This document shows, one piece after another, positions 13,919-27,048 of a stretch of 64,000 bases of DNA. Numbering within the stretch: the stretch's first letter is position 1; every line of letters starts with the position of its first letter. The notes under the pieces were generated by a model, which saw only the letters and a list, made by a program, of their open reading frames with translations, was not told where the DNA came from and did not search any database. The DNA is from Octopus sinensis (lineage: Eukaryota), in NCBI RefSeq assembly GCF_006345805.1, contig NC_043000.1, forward strand, positions 147,312,001-147,376,000, read 5' to 3'. The position numbers were made by a program, and so were the translations under genes.

Positions 13919-14750
13919 AGGGGAGCTGGCAGAATCATTAGCACGCCGGGCGAAGTGCTCAGCGGTATTTCGTCTGCCGTTACGTTCTGAGTTCAAATTC
14001 CGCCGAGGTCGACTTTGCCTTTCATCCTTTCGAGGTCGATTAAATAAGTACCAGTTACGCACTGGGGTCGATATAATCGACTAAATCCGTTTGTCTGTCC
14101 TTATTTGTCCCCTCTGTGTTTAGCTCCTTGTGGGTAGTAAAGAAATAGGTATTTCGTCTGCCGTTACGTTCTGAGTTCAAATTCCGCCAAGGTCGACTTT
14201 GCCTTTCATCATTTCGGGGTCGATAAATTAAGTACCAGTTATGCACTGGGGTCGATGTAATCGATTTAATCCGTTTGTCCGTCCTTATTTGTCCACTCTG
14301 TGTTTAGCCCATTGTGTGTAGTAAAGAAATAAGAATCATAGCGTGCAGACAAAATGCTTAGCAGCGGTTCTTCTGGCTTTACGTTCTTAGCTCAAATTCT
14401 GCCCAGGTCGACTTTGCTTTTCATCCTTCAGGGTCGATAAAATAAGTACCAGCTGAGTACTGGGGTCGATGTAACCGACTAATCTCCTCCTTCAAGATTA
14501 CTAGCCTTGTGCCAAAATTTTAAACCAATATTAAGTGGAGCCGGCAGAATGGTTATCACGCCGGACAAAATACTCAACAGAATTTCTTCCGGCTTTACGT
14601 TCTTAACTCAAATCCTACCGATGTCGACTTTGCCCTTCATCCTTTTGGAGCCGATAAAATAAGTACTCGTTGAGCACTGGGGGGGGGGGGTCGACGAAAT
14701 AGACTGGCCCCTCCACTGAAATAACAGATTTTGTGCCTACAATAAAAGGA
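13919..14750 (+). mobile_element. Cluster of SINE family C copies (one head-to-tail dimer plus older copies)
   Basis: The GAGTTCAAATTCCGCCGAGGTCGACTTTGCCTTTCATCC body is repeated four times. Confidence 0.85.
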
Positions 14751-15185
14751 ATATCAAGAGTAAATCATTTACCCAGCCCTCTCGAAGTTATATATCCAAG
14801 ATAATTGGGGGCGGGACGTTAAACTCATAAGAACTACAAGCTAATGTAACATGAGTGCAATTTTCATCAAAGCTCTGATAAGTTGTTTAGAGCCTTGCAG
14901 TTTCTACTTGTAGATGAAACTGTTCAAGATTAACTCCCTTGAGCACGATATATGCATCTCATCACTGAAGATGAGACATGAACCGCTAGACTCCTCATCA
15001 GTTTCTTTGTTATACAATGATTCCAACAACCTACGACTTATATCACATGCTTTACGGCATTTGATTTAGGTACTCACTATATCGAGTTCAAATCCAGTTG
15101 GGAGTGACTTCTTTTATATTAGTTTGTCAAAGAGGCTAATATCTTCCCAGACAAGCAACTGTTGATGATACGATGGATTTTATAA

Positions 15186-15418
15186 GGCGGCGAGCTGGCA
15201 GAACCGTTAGCACGCCGGGCGAAATGCGCAGCCGTATTTCGCCTGCCGTTACGTTCTGAGTTCAAATTCCGCCGAGGTCGACTTTGCCTTTCATCCTTTC
15301 GAGGTCGATAAATAAAGTACCAGTTACGCACTGGGGTCGATGTAATCGACTTAATCCGTTTGCCCCTGTCCTTGTTTGTCCCCTCTATGTTTAGCCCCTT
15401 GTGGGTAATAAAGAAACA
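15186..15418 (+). mobile_element. SINE family C with a 16-bp TSD
   Basis: GATACGATGGATTTTA at 15167-15182 and 15419-15434. Confidence 0.92.
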
Positions 15419-15845
15419 GATACGATGGATTTTAAATTGGAAGAAAGAAAACAAATAACAAGAAACAAATAACGGTAATAAATAGCAACAATCTGTTGTG
15501 CATCAAATGAATTAAACCAACCACTTGTCCCTTGGATAAATATTATAAATAGGTGCAGGCATACCTCCGTGGTTAATAAGCTCGGTTTGCGACCATGCTG
15601 TTTCGGGTTCAGTCCCACTGTGCGGCACCTTGAACAAGTGTCTTTTACTATAACCCCGGGTTGATCATTGCCTTATGAGTGAATTAGGGAGACAGAATCG
15701 ATTTGTCCGACTAAAATCCTCCAAAGCGGTGCTCTAGTATGGCCGCTGCCCAATGACTGAAACAAGTACTTCAGCAAAGAGGATAAGAAGAAAAAGAATA
15801 TGAAATACCCTGGAATTCCTAAGGACTCTTTCCTTTTTTCTTTTT

Positions 15846-16191
15846 TTCTTTTTCTTTTTACTTGTTTCAGTCATTTGACTGCGGCCATGCTGGAGCACCA
15901 CCTTTAGTCGAGCAAATCGACCCCAGGACTTATTCTTTTGTAAGCCCAGTACTTATTCTATCGGTCTCTTTTGCCGAACCGCTAAGTGACGGGGACGTAA
16001 ACACACCAGCATCGGTTGTCAAGCAATGCTAAGGGGACAAACACACACGCGCACACACACACACACACACATATATATACATATATACGACGGGCTTCTT
16101 TCAGTTTCCGTCTACCAAATTCACTCACAAGGTGACGGGGACGTAAACACACCAGCATCGGTTGTCAAGCGATGTTGGGGGGGACAGACAG

Positions 16192-16224
<33 letters not shown>

Positions 16225-16388
16225 CATATATACGACAGGCTTCTTTCAGTTTCCGTCTACCAAATCCACTCACAAGGCATTGGTTGGCCCGGGGCTATAG
16301 TAGAAGACACTTGCCCAAGGTGCCACGCAGTGGGACTGAACCCGGAACCATGTGGTTGGTTAGCAAGCTACTTACCACACAGCCACTC
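15846..16388 (-). mobile_element. SINE family B with an internal duplication
   Basis: The segment GTGACGGGGACGTAAAC...CACTCACAAGG occurs twice. Confidence 0.88.
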
Positions 16389-16699
16389 CATTTATTTATT
16401 TATCCATTTAGTTTGGGGTGAACTAGTATCTAAAAATTATATTCCAAAATATATTTGCATAACTGAAATTCTCTTTTTGCTGTTATTTGTTTTTTGCTGT
16501 TTCCTTCATTTTTCTTTAGTTTTCTGCTTTTTCTAATACTTCTTATTCTTCCAGTACTGTTTCTACTAGAACTGCTGCTAAGACTACTTCTGCTGGTTTT
16601 TAAGATCTACTACAACTGAGAACCGAGGCTTTTTTATTACCAGCACTACGAGAAAGACAACTAACGTTCTTCTTCGTTCTTCTTCATTCTTCTTCGTCT

Positions 16700-17950
16700 T
16701 TATTCTTCTTCTCCTTCTCTTCTTTTCTCTTGCTCCTCTTCTTCCACTGTCTTCTTTTGCTTCTTCTCTTCCTCCTCCTCCTCCCCATCATCATCATCAC
16801 CATCATCATCATCATCTTTGTTCTCTTCCTCCTCTTTCTGTTTTTCTTCTTTTTTCCTCTTTCTCCTCCTTCTCCTTCCTCTCATGCGTTTGTTTCTTTC
16901 TCTCGTTTCATTCTTCTTCTTCTCCACTTCCTCCTCCTTTTTGTCCTCTTCTTCTTCTCCTCAATCTCCTCCTCTTCCTTTTCTTCTCTTCTTCCTCCAC
17001 ATCATCATCATTATCATTATCATCTTTGTTCTCTTCCTCCTCTTTCTGTTTTTCTTCTTTTTTCCTCTTTCTCCTCCTTCTCCTTCCTCTCCTGCGTTTG
17101 TTTCTTTCTCTCGTTTCATTCTTCTTCTTCTCCACTTCCTCCTCCTTTTTGTCCTCTTCTTCTTCTTCCTCAATCTCCTCCTCTTCCTTTTCTTCTCTTC
17201 TTCCTCCACATCATCATCATTATCATTATCATCTTTGTTCTCTTCCTCCTCTTTCTGTTTTTCTTCTTTTTTCCTCTTTCTCCTCCTTCTCCTTCCTCTT
17301 CTGCGTTTGTTTCTTTCTCTCGTTTCATTCTTCTTCTTCTCCGCTTCCTCCTCCTTTTTGTCCTCTTCTTCTTTTTCCTCTATCTCCTCCTCTTCCATTT
17401 CTTCTCTTCTTCCTCCACATCAGCATCATCATCATTGTTCTCTTCCTCCTCTTTCTTTTTTTCCTTCTTTTCCTCTTCTCTTTCTTCACCTGTTTCTCTC
17501 TCGTGTTTTTTTCCTTCTTCTTCTACACCTCCCCATCATCATCATCATCATCATCATCATCCTTGTTCTTCTCCTCATCTTCCTTTTTCCGCCTCTTTCT
17601 CCTCCATCTTAATCTTCTTTATCTTTCTTTTTCTTCTCCTCCTTCTCCTTCTTTTCCCTCTTCTCCTCCTTCACCTCTTCTATCTTCCTTAATCCTCTCC
17701 TTTTTTCTGCACTCCATTCCCATCTTATTTTCCTTCCTCTTCCTTCTTCTTTTCCACCATTCCTTTATTCTACCCCTACACCATCTCTTATTTTCGTGTC
17801 TCCCATCTTTTTCCTTCTCTTCATTCTTACTTCATTTGGCCCTTCTTTTTATTTACCAAATCTGCCCCCCCTTCCTTTTATGTTTCTGTTTTTCTTTTAC
17901 TTTTCTCTGTTCCTCTTCTTTAAGCTCTAATCTTATAATCATTTTTCTCT
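16700..17950. repeat. Polypyrimidine composite minisatellite, about 207-bp period, about 3.5 copies, plus CT-rich flank
   Basis: The unit containing CATCATCATC...CTTTGTTCTCTTCCTCCTCTTTC recurs near 16790, 16997, 17204 and 17415. Confidence 0.85.
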
Positions 17951-17985
17951 AACGTATTCACATTCTAATAATAATAATAATAATA

Positions 17986-18304
17986 ATGGAGAAACTCTCA
18001 AAATACAAAGACCTGGAAATAGAGGTAACTAGAATGTGGAACCTGAAAACAGAAACAATTCCTATCATAGTAGGTGCATTAGGCATGATAAAAAAATATT
18101 CAGACAAATACATAACAAAAACACCAGGACTTACAAACACATATAACATACAGAAAATTGCACTACTAGGCACTGCACACATCCTACGCAGAACACTTTC
18201 CATACAATAACCATCAGAGCATCACAACAAATCACAGCACATACCCAAGGCACACAGAGCTGCGCTCGGTAGTGAAGTGAAAGCACGCTATAAAAATAAA
18301 ACTA

Positions 18305-18306
<2 letters not shown>
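17986..18306 (+). mobile_element. R4/Dong-like LINE 3' end (RLE endonuclease) embedded in (TAA)n
   Basis: EKLSKYKDLEIEVTRMWNLKTETIPIIVGALG...IQKIALLGTAHILRRTL; (TAA)n on both sides, the known Dong target. Confidence 0.8.
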
Positions 18307-18344
<38 letters not shown>

Positions 18345-18354
18345 GTAATAATAA

Positions 18355-18905
18355 TGCCCTGATGCAGTACCAGGCAGTGGCTCTTGTGGCTTCTGATCTT
18401 AACTGATTGGAAGTATTATCATGTACATTGTTTTGTCTTGGTATAAAAGATGGGTTACTGCAAATATTCTGCTCAATACAACAGATTTGCTCGTCAGTTG
18501 TTTGACCATAACCATTTGAGCATGTCCCTTAGTGGCTGACGATACATGCATCTCTGATCACGAGCAGAAGTAGTGGGGGGGGGGCATCATAGCCATGTTT
18601 TGAGAGGAATTCTTTGGGGTTTGGATAATTCGCCTCTGGAAACATGGCTTTTTGTTCAATATCTTTAAACAACCCTTATTGAAGGACCCTTTGAGTAGGA
18701 TGGGCAACTTGACCTAAAGACAATTCTAACTGGGCCCCACTTGCAAGGTCATGTGCTGTTTATTTTGATATGAGATCATCATGTCATGCACATATAGTTG
18801 TAAGCATGTGCCTGGTGTACCTTATCAGACGGGTAGTCTTGATGGGTATGTTGGGTTTTGTATATTTTACCCCAGTGTCACTTTGATGGCATGCACAACT
18901 CTCTC
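18355..18905. mobile_element. Interspersed repeat flanked by (TAA)n; class uncertain
   Basis: Homologous to 12540-12850. Confidence 0.55.
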
Positions 18906-19039
18906 ATCATAATAATAATAAATAATATATAATAATAAGAGAAGAAGAAGAAGAAGAAGAAGAAGAAGAAGAAGAAGAAGAAGAAGAAGAAGAAGAATCT
19001 TTTCTACTACAGGCACAAGGCTTGAAATTTGTAGATCAC

Positions 19040-19420
19040 AACAACCCCAATATTGACTGGTGCTTAATTTATCGACCCCCAAAAGGATGAAAGACAAAGT
19101 CGACTTTGGTGGAATTTGAACTCAGAACGTAGCGACGGTCAAATACTGCTAAGCATTTCGTCCAGCGTGCTAATGATTCTGCCAACTCGCCGCCATCTAA
19201 TAATAATAATAATCCTTTCTACTATAGGCACAAGGCCTGAAATTTTGAGGGAGGGGACTAGTCGATTACATCGATCCCGGTGTTTCACTGGTACTTAATT
19301 TATCGACCCCGAAAGGATGAAAGGAAAAGTTAACCTCGACGGAATTTGAACTCAGAACGTAGCGACGGGCGAAATACCGCGAAGCATTTCGTCCAGCGTG
19401 CTAACGATTCTGCCATCTCA
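19040..19420 (-). mobile_element. Two SINE family C copies
   Basis: Reverse-complement match to the family C body. Confidence 0.85.
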
Positions 19421-20104
19421 CCGCTTTGATAATAATGATAATAATATTTTTTTTATTAGCCACAGGGGCAAGCATACCATTTCCACTGCTACCGCCACCA
19501 CCACTACTCCACTACAAACTACTACTACTGCTAGTCGTGACTAGTCTGTCACTTTATAGCTCAGGAACTACGTTGTCCAATGTGTCCTCTTTTTTTAAAC
19601 GGTAGGATGTGATTTAAGAAAAATTTGGCTGCTATTTCTAGCAGGTCCAGTAACTGTGCAGAAACTCTTTTGTTGGTTCGTTTAGTTAGTTGTTAAGCAT
19701 ATAGGGGGCAGATGTCCCTAGAATAAATAGTAACTTTTTCCCCACATCCAAAAAAACCCAGAGAATTTATTTTCTCTGGCCAATACGAATGCATCACCCG
19801 CCAATATCTAGAATACGGCCGGTCCTGTTTACAGTTTGGGTTGAATCGGTTGTTGATATTGGCTGAGGCATTTTACAAAGCAGGATACGAACTGCTGACA
19901 TCTCTACTGGGTGAGTATCTCACAACAAATATACCAGGTTCTCTAGATATCAATATAGATGATGGACTCTCTCGTCGAAGACGAAGTGTGAATGTTCAGC
20001 TTTTACCGAACAACCTACACAAATGATTTGTTTATAGTGATCAAATATTCGTGCTCACCCTGAATAGATGCACGATATGCCACGCGTTAGGTATCGAAAT
20101 GAAA

Positions 20105-20712
20105 AGGCGGCGAGCTGACAGAAACGTTAGCACGCCGGGCGAAATGCTTTGCGGTATTTCGTCTGTCGCTACGTTCTGAGTTCAAATTCCGCTGAGGTCG
20201 GCTTTGCCTTTCATCCTTTCGGGGTCGATTTGATAAATAAATACCAGTTACGCACTGGGGTCGATATAATCGACTTAATCCGTTTGTCTGTCCTTGTTTG
20301 TCCCTTCTGTGTTTAGCCCCTTGTGGGTAATAAAGAAATAGGTATTTCGTCTGCCGCTACGTTCTGAGTTCAAATTCTGCCGAGGTCGACTTTGTCTTTC
20401 ATCCTTTTGGGGTCGATTAAATAAGTACCAGTTACACACTGGAGTCGATATAATCGACTTAATCTGTTTGTCTGTCCCTGTTTGTCCCTTCTGTGTTTAT
20501 CCCCTTGTGAGTAGTAAAGAAATAGGTATTTCATCTGCCGCTACGTTCTGAGTTCAAATTATGCCGAGGTCGATTTTGCCTTTCATCCTTTCGGGGTCGA
20601 TTAAATAAGTACCAGTTACACACTGGGGTCGATATAATCGACTTAATCTGTTCGTCTGTCCTTGTTTAGCTTCTCTGAGTTTAGTCCCTTGTGGGTAGTA
20701 AAGAAATAGGTA
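20105..20712 (+). mobile_element. SINE family C multimer: one head plus three bodies
   Basis: Each extra unit restarts at GGTATTTC directly after ...AAAGAAATA. Confidence 0.88.
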
Positions 20713-20903
20713 TCGAAGTGATCGTAGAGCAACGCGAGATGAAGTGTTTTGCTCAAGAACACGACGCACTACCCTCTCTAGGAACCGAAACCACGATCTT
20801 GCGATCGTGAGTACAACACCATAACCACTAAGCCATGCGTCCTCACTAACCTATATCGCTATTTACCTCGGTACTAATATATCTCGATTCCGTTATGCTT
20901 ATA

Positions 20904-21291
20904 GGAAGGAAGCACTCCGTCGGTTACGACGACGAGGGTTCCGGTTGATCCGAATCAACGGAACAGCCTGCTCGTGAAATTAACGTGTAAGTGGCTGAGC
21001 ACTCCACAGACACGTGTACCCTTAACGTAGTTCTCAGGGAGATTCAGCGTGACACAGAGAGTGACAAGGCCGGCCCTTTGAAGTACAGGTACAACAGAAA
21101 CAGGAAGTAAGAGCGAGAGAAAGTCGTGGTGAAAGAGTACAACAGGGATCACCACCATCCCCTACCGGAGACTCGTGGAGCTTTAGGTGTTTTCGCTCAA
21201 TAAACACTCACAACGCCCGGTCTGGGAATCGAAACCGCGATCCTACGACCGCGAGTCCGCTGCCCTAACCACTGGGCCATTGCGCCTCCAC
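20904..21291 (-). mobile_element. SINE family A with TSD TATGCTTATA
   Basis: TSD at 20894-20903 and 21292-21301. Confidence 0.92.
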
Positions 21292-22056
21292 TATGCTTAT
21301 ATACCTAGATATCAATATACTAATATACCTGGGAACCACTATACCTAGATGCGAACATACCTATATACAGCAAGATACGCATATATCAACCTACCATTTA
21401 CCTAGAGACCGATATACTTAAAAACCAATATTAGCTACATATCAATATACCCTGATTCCAATATTAATAATATACCAATATAATTAAATATCAATACCGA
21501 CATATCTAGATATCAATATATACATTTACTTATATATATCAAAATATGAAGAACCCAAATCTAGTTATCAACATACCTAGATACCGAGATACATAAATAC
21601 CAAAAGAGACCGATAGAATAAGTACTGGGCTTACAAAGAATAAGTCCCGGGGTCGATTTGCTCGACTAAAGGCGGTGCTCCAGCATGGCCGCAGTCAAAT
21701 GACTGAAGCAAGTAAAAGAGGTTTGTGAATAATGTCCATAAGAACCTTATAAAATAATATTTTAAGTAGAGTTGCTTCCCTTACACGCTTTTGCTTTCGT
21801 TCCATTTTCAAATCACAACACGAATAAATCGTTGAGCTGGCACACTCGGTAGCATGTCAGGAAAATGCTTAGTGAGATTTCTTGCGGCTCTTTACGTTGT
21901 GAGTTCAAATTCTACCGAGGTCGACTTTGCTTTTCATGTTTTTTGGGGTAGATGAAACAATACCAGTCAAGTATTAGAGTCGATACAATCAACTGACCCT
22001 ATCTCCTCAAAATTGCTGACTTGGTATCAAAATTAGAAATACTTTACACAAATATA

Positions 22057-22383
22057 GGCGTTCCTTCGTTTTAACTCGACAAAACCCATTACAAGACCTC
22101 GGTTGTTTCCGTGACAACTCGACAATTCACTTCGGATATCTTCGTGACCTCCGAAATTTTGCGGATTTTACATACACACATGAAGTAGGTAAGAAGAAAT
22201 ATGCAAGGCTATTTTGCTGACACAATTTCGTTATATCTATATTCTACAACACACAAATACATAAAAACAGAATACGCACACTGTCACAGAGGTCACGAAG
22301 ATATCCGAAGTGAATTGTCGAGTTGACACGGAAACAACCGAAGGCCTTGTTATAGTTTTGTCGAGTTAAAACGAAGGAACGCC
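22057..22383. mobile_element. MITE with about 95-bp terminal inverted repeats
   Basis: 22057-22151 and 22289-22383 are reverse complements (GGCGTTCCTTCGTTTTAACTCGAC...). Confidence 0.85.
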
Positions 22384-22693
22384 CGAATATATACTCTTCT
22401 GGATTATAATACTAAACGTTAGGATTTCAAATTACACTGAGTTTGATATTTCTTTTCATTTCTCCAGGATCTATATACTAGAACGCCAACACTTGCGTTA
22501 CGAAAGTGCTGCAGTCGCAAAAATGCAGCCGTAATGTGGAATTCTTTAGAACATATTTCTCATAACCTTTACGTAACACGGAAGACAATGAACATGTGCT
22601 TCGTGTTATGGAAATCCACATTACAGCAATATTTTCAGGAACGCTACGTTTCTACAATGCAGGGACGTTGTTATCTTTTTTCTTCTTATATAT

Positions 22694-22861
22694 AGGCGCA
22701 GGAGTGGCTGTGTGGTAAGTAGCTTGTTTACCAACCACATGGTTCCGGGTTCAGTCCCACTGCGTGGCACCTTGGGCAAGTGTCCTCTACTATAGCCTCG
22801 GGCCGACCAAAGCCTTGTGAGTGGATTTGGTAGACGGAAACTGAAAGAAGCCCGTCGTATA

Positions 22862-22922
<61 letters not shown>

Positions 22923-23137
22923 GCGTGTGTGTGTTTGTGTGTCTGTGTTTGTCCCCCTAGCATTGCTTGACAACCGATGCTGGTGTGTTTATGTCCCCGT
23001 TACTTAGCGGTTCGGCAAAAGAGACCGATAGAATAAGTACTGGGCTTACAAAAGAATAAGTCCCGGGGTCGATTTGCTCGATTAAAGGCGGTGCTCCAGC
23101 ATGGCCGCAGTCAAATGACTGAAACAAGTAAAAGAGA
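22694..23137 (+). mobile_element. SINE family B
   Basis: Full-length match. Confidence 0.9.
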
Positions 23138-24235
23138 GTTTAAGGGTTATTATATACCTTTTTTTGTCATAGTTTGGCAGAGTTACATGGGCGCTGAAAT
23201 TGATTTAATAGATAATAAATAGTTACCAGTCAACTACATCCCTCGCCTACAACAATTGGGTTTGTACATAAAAATGAAATCATTTTTTACTGGACCCAGA
23301 GAGGGAACCTCAAAGTGCTCGTTCAACCAGCAAGAAATAGCATCCGAATACCCTCAAATCACACTCTTAACAAAAAGGAAGAAAACATTGAAAAAAATAT
23401 TGTCGTCAATATACGAAATGACGGTATGGTCGTTGCTGGAACGCTTTTAGTCATACATCTGTCTAATCTTCTAGAGCTAAACGGCAACAACAATGAATCT
23501 GTATAATAACAAAATGTTAGAACAGAGGCCGAATTGTTTTGCAGCATTTAATTTCGTTTCCAGTTTTGGTTTTGCTGGTCATTTCTTCTGGGGTGACAAA
23601 AAGCAGTAGTAATATATTCGTATCGAATCAGTTAGTTGTATCATTCTTTTAAAGCAACCCTTGTGTCTAAAGACAGAATCGATTATTACAAAACTGACAC
23701 CATTTGCCCAAATGCTACGAGTGATGGCGGCGATCGAGTATTGAACAAGTCATTGGTCGGTAGAGCATGTTCTGTGACCAGCGCTACGCTAATGTTATCT
23801 TTAGTCAAGGTACCGAACTCTAAACAGACCAAATTTCATTTAAAATAATACGAATATAATGTAAAGTATAGAAGCAATCTTAATATGGCTAACCACATAG
23901 GGGAGGGGTGTTACTGTAGCTCTACAGCCCCAGGAGATCGTCGTCTCCAGCTGGCTTTAGACACCGTTTCAGTGCCCTTGAAGTATTTTCAAAGGGAGGC
24001 CATCCCTTCCTCGCAAGCCTGAGTGATACGCTCGGACTAGTTTCGGGATTTTTGTCCCTTGTCAACTGAGATTTAATAATGAATGCGAATATAATTTACC
24101 GATAAATCAGCATTTTACATCTGCTTAAACACAACAGAAAGCAATGTTCTATATTAGCCTTATGGATGCTTATCCTTCAGAAAAGATTAAATTTTTTCAT
24201 AGGAATAATAGTTATATAAATACCAGCAATCTAAG

Positions 24236-24610
24236 GCGACGAGCGAGCACAATCGTTAGCACGTAACGCAAAAGGCTTAGCAACGTTTCGTCCGTCTTTA
24301 CATACTGAGTTCAAATTCCGCCGAGGTCGACTTTGCCTTTCATCCCTTCGGGGTCGATAAAATAGCTACCAGTTAATCACTGGGGTTCGATGTAATCGTC
24401 TTATCCCTCCTCCGAACTTGCTGGTATGATGCACATTTGAAACGAACGTAAGTACCAGTAATAAACTGATTTCAAAGTTAGGCACAAGGTCAACAATTTC
24501 GGATGAGGGAGTTAGGTCGATTACATCGACCCCAGTGCTCAACTGGTAATTATTTTATCGACCCCGAAAGGATGAAAAGCAGAGCGCTAACGATTCTGCC
24601 AGCTCGCCAC
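24236..24610. mobile_element. Two SINE family C copies in opposite orientation
   Basis: + copy at about 24236-24430; - copy at about 24480-24610. Confidence 0.8.
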
Positions 24611-24854
24611 CTTAAGTGCCAATAATATATTAAGATCGACCCAGTTGACGTTATCCTTCCTATTAAATAGACCTTTTATCTAAAGATGAAATCAATCATT
24701 ACACATCTCATAGATCAGTCGAATGCTACAGACGTTAATCAACTTGATGATTCGTAAGAATGCAGAGCGACGATTAAAATTAAATTTACCCTCTTACTCC
24801 TCTCTTTCTCCCTCTCTTTCTCCCTCCCCTATCTCTCTAATTATTAATCTTTAA

Positions 24855-25243
24855 TCTATATATATAAAACTGAAGTTGTCTGTGTGTGGCAGGTTTGGTA
24901 GCCTTCAACTAACACTATCTCCTCCGAGACCCTGCAGCGCAAGTTGACCAAAATTGAGAGTATGATAGAAGAAGGCTTGCTCTTCATTCCGTAGAAGATA
25001 AAATTCAAATCGGACCATGTTAACACCAAAGATTATATCAAAAAGGTGCTTTTTTTTTCTTTGAAAATCCCTATTTTTTTACGATTTTTTTATTGCTGTG
25101 TCGCCATTTTTCAGTGTATTTCAACCAGAAAAATATTCACTTAAAGAGAATAACAAGCTACATAATGCAAAATTTTTACTTTTCAAAAATTCCAATTCTA
25201 AAGGGTCGAAACAAACCCGAGCAACGCCGGGCTATACTGCTAG
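24855..25243 (+). mobile_element. Complete non-autonomous Helitron-like element (389 bp)
   Basis: A|TC 5' end, subterminal hairpin CCCGAGCAACGCCGGG, CTAG|T 3' end, no TSD. Confidence 0.85.
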
Positions 25244-25618
25244 TAATGAATAAAGAAATACAACTTTAAAGTAGTCACTCGTATTATTTTTAAAATTTTC
25301 CATAACCCAAAAAGAATATAAGTACGAATCAGTATTGCACCGAATCACTCACTAACTGAGGGAGACATACAGACCCTTTAACTGACATTACATTTTGTTT
25401 GGGTTCAGTACAGTTAGCTGTTGAATAATCCAACAGAATTAAATGTAAATAGGTACCGCCAGTGGGGGATAGTTCGAGTACGTAAGAAATGTAAAATGTG
25501 ACTCGTATTTCTTTGGAGTGCTGGGTTAAGATTTTGTCTTTTGGTTAGACATAAAGCTAATCGCTTCAGTTGTGTTTTTCATGTTATTAAGTCAATATAT
25601 GAGTGTCAATTTTCTTCT

Positions 25619-25954
25619 GTGAAGGCGCATGGCTCAGTAGTTAGAGCGTAGAGGTTACGATCGTGAGGTTGTGAGTTCGATTCCCGGACCGGGCTGTGTG
25701 TTGTGTTCTTGAGCAAAACACTTTATTTCATGTTGCTCCAGTTCACTCAGCTATAGAAATGAGTTGCAACGTCACAGGTGCCAAGCTGTATCGACCTTTA
25801 CTTTGGATAACATCAGTGGTGTGGAAACGGGAGGCTGGTATGCATGGGAAACTGCTGGTCTTCCACAAACAACCTCGCCCTGACTTGTGCCTCGGAGGGT
25901 AACTTTCTAGGTGCAATCCTATGGTCACTAATGACCACAGGGGGTCTCCTCCTC
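25619..25954 (+). mobile_element. tRNA-derived SINE, family D (CORE-like middle), with a 22-bp TSD
   Basis: A box TGGCTCAGTAG, B box GTTCGATTCC. ATATGAGTG(T/C)CAATTTTCTTCT at 25597-25618 and 25955-25976. Second copy at 59103-59470. Confidence 0.88.
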
Positions 25955-27048
25955 ATATGAGTGCCAATTTTCTTCTATAGCTAAAAATAGTTGACTCCAT
26001 CCAGTCTATTATCATTTTATTTAATTTTTTTGTTTTTTTTTCTTTTTTGTCTTTTGCTTCTTTGTTTGGTTTTTGCGATCTTTTTCCTTTTTGTTTTGTT
26101 TTGTTTTTTTAGTTACTCAATATTTCTAATTGAGTATTCTCCAATTACTTCTGTAACTGTACCTTACTTAGTGTCACGTTAAACAATGTGCACACTGAAT
26201 TGTTGCAGCGGAGAACGGTTCTGTGGGCCCGATGTTAATGTATGTCTACAGTGACTGGGTAAGTAGGAGTCCCAGTGCAATACTTTAACCGAAGGCTTAT
26301 AATCATGTTAAGGCGACCTTGACCTTATATATTCTCTAGCTGACTTAGAGCATTCATTTCTTAGTTAATTTGATGTAAATAAATTTGAGTGAAAAAAATA
26401 TAATATAGGAAATATTTTCCGGGTATTTCAGTTCATTTCCCCCTCCCAGCCAACCAACATTTTTTTCTTTTTTCTTTTTTGTCAATGACTCAAAGCACTC
26501 CAGTCGACCAATTCAAATTGTATTCTTTGCTACCTGGACTAAACCAACATATCTCTAAGCTATTCTCCTACAAGGATTTGAACTCAATGGTCACAAATCC
26601 AATTACACTCTCTTGCCTTTTCTTCGAGCTGTAATCCGGGATTTTTATATTATATATAATAACTGGTTCGTCAAGTGAGTCAAAAGAGATCAAGTATCTA
26701 AGGCATTGAAATATCACCATAAATAAAATATGAATGAATGGTGTTGACTTCGTGGTCGACTCAACCAAGTGTGATTTTCAGGAATAAGCAATAAATACTA
26801 TAATATTTCGTCAGAAATCCTAGGCAGAAATTGAATTAGCGAAGGCATTTAAATCAGTTTCGATCATAATTTCTTTTAAAACTATATCAACCTCCGCGCA
26901 CGTCCAAGACATTTTATTTGGTCGTAAAGTTATGGAAGATCGACTTTGGAATTATGAAATGCATTGCAGCTCTGCCAGTATTTGATCTTATAAGACAAAA
27001 TATTATAACTATGAAACAAAGAATCCGGCGCTCTGCGTTTTCTAAATA

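Noticed and set aside
14780-15060. Protein-like frames between SINEs (a similar case at 26520-26900)
   Set aside because: Stops occur on both strands, with no recognisable motif or splice context.
16730-17952. ORFs of 320, 264 and 308 aa
   Set aside because: They are low-complexity frames of a pyrimidine minisatellite that cannot encode stops.
25619-25700. tRNA gene candidates at SINE heads (also near 2660-2733, 6080-6155 and 59390-59470)
   Set aside because: A and B boxes are present, but there is no closing acceptor stem or T-run terminator, and the sequence continues into a SINE body with TSDs.
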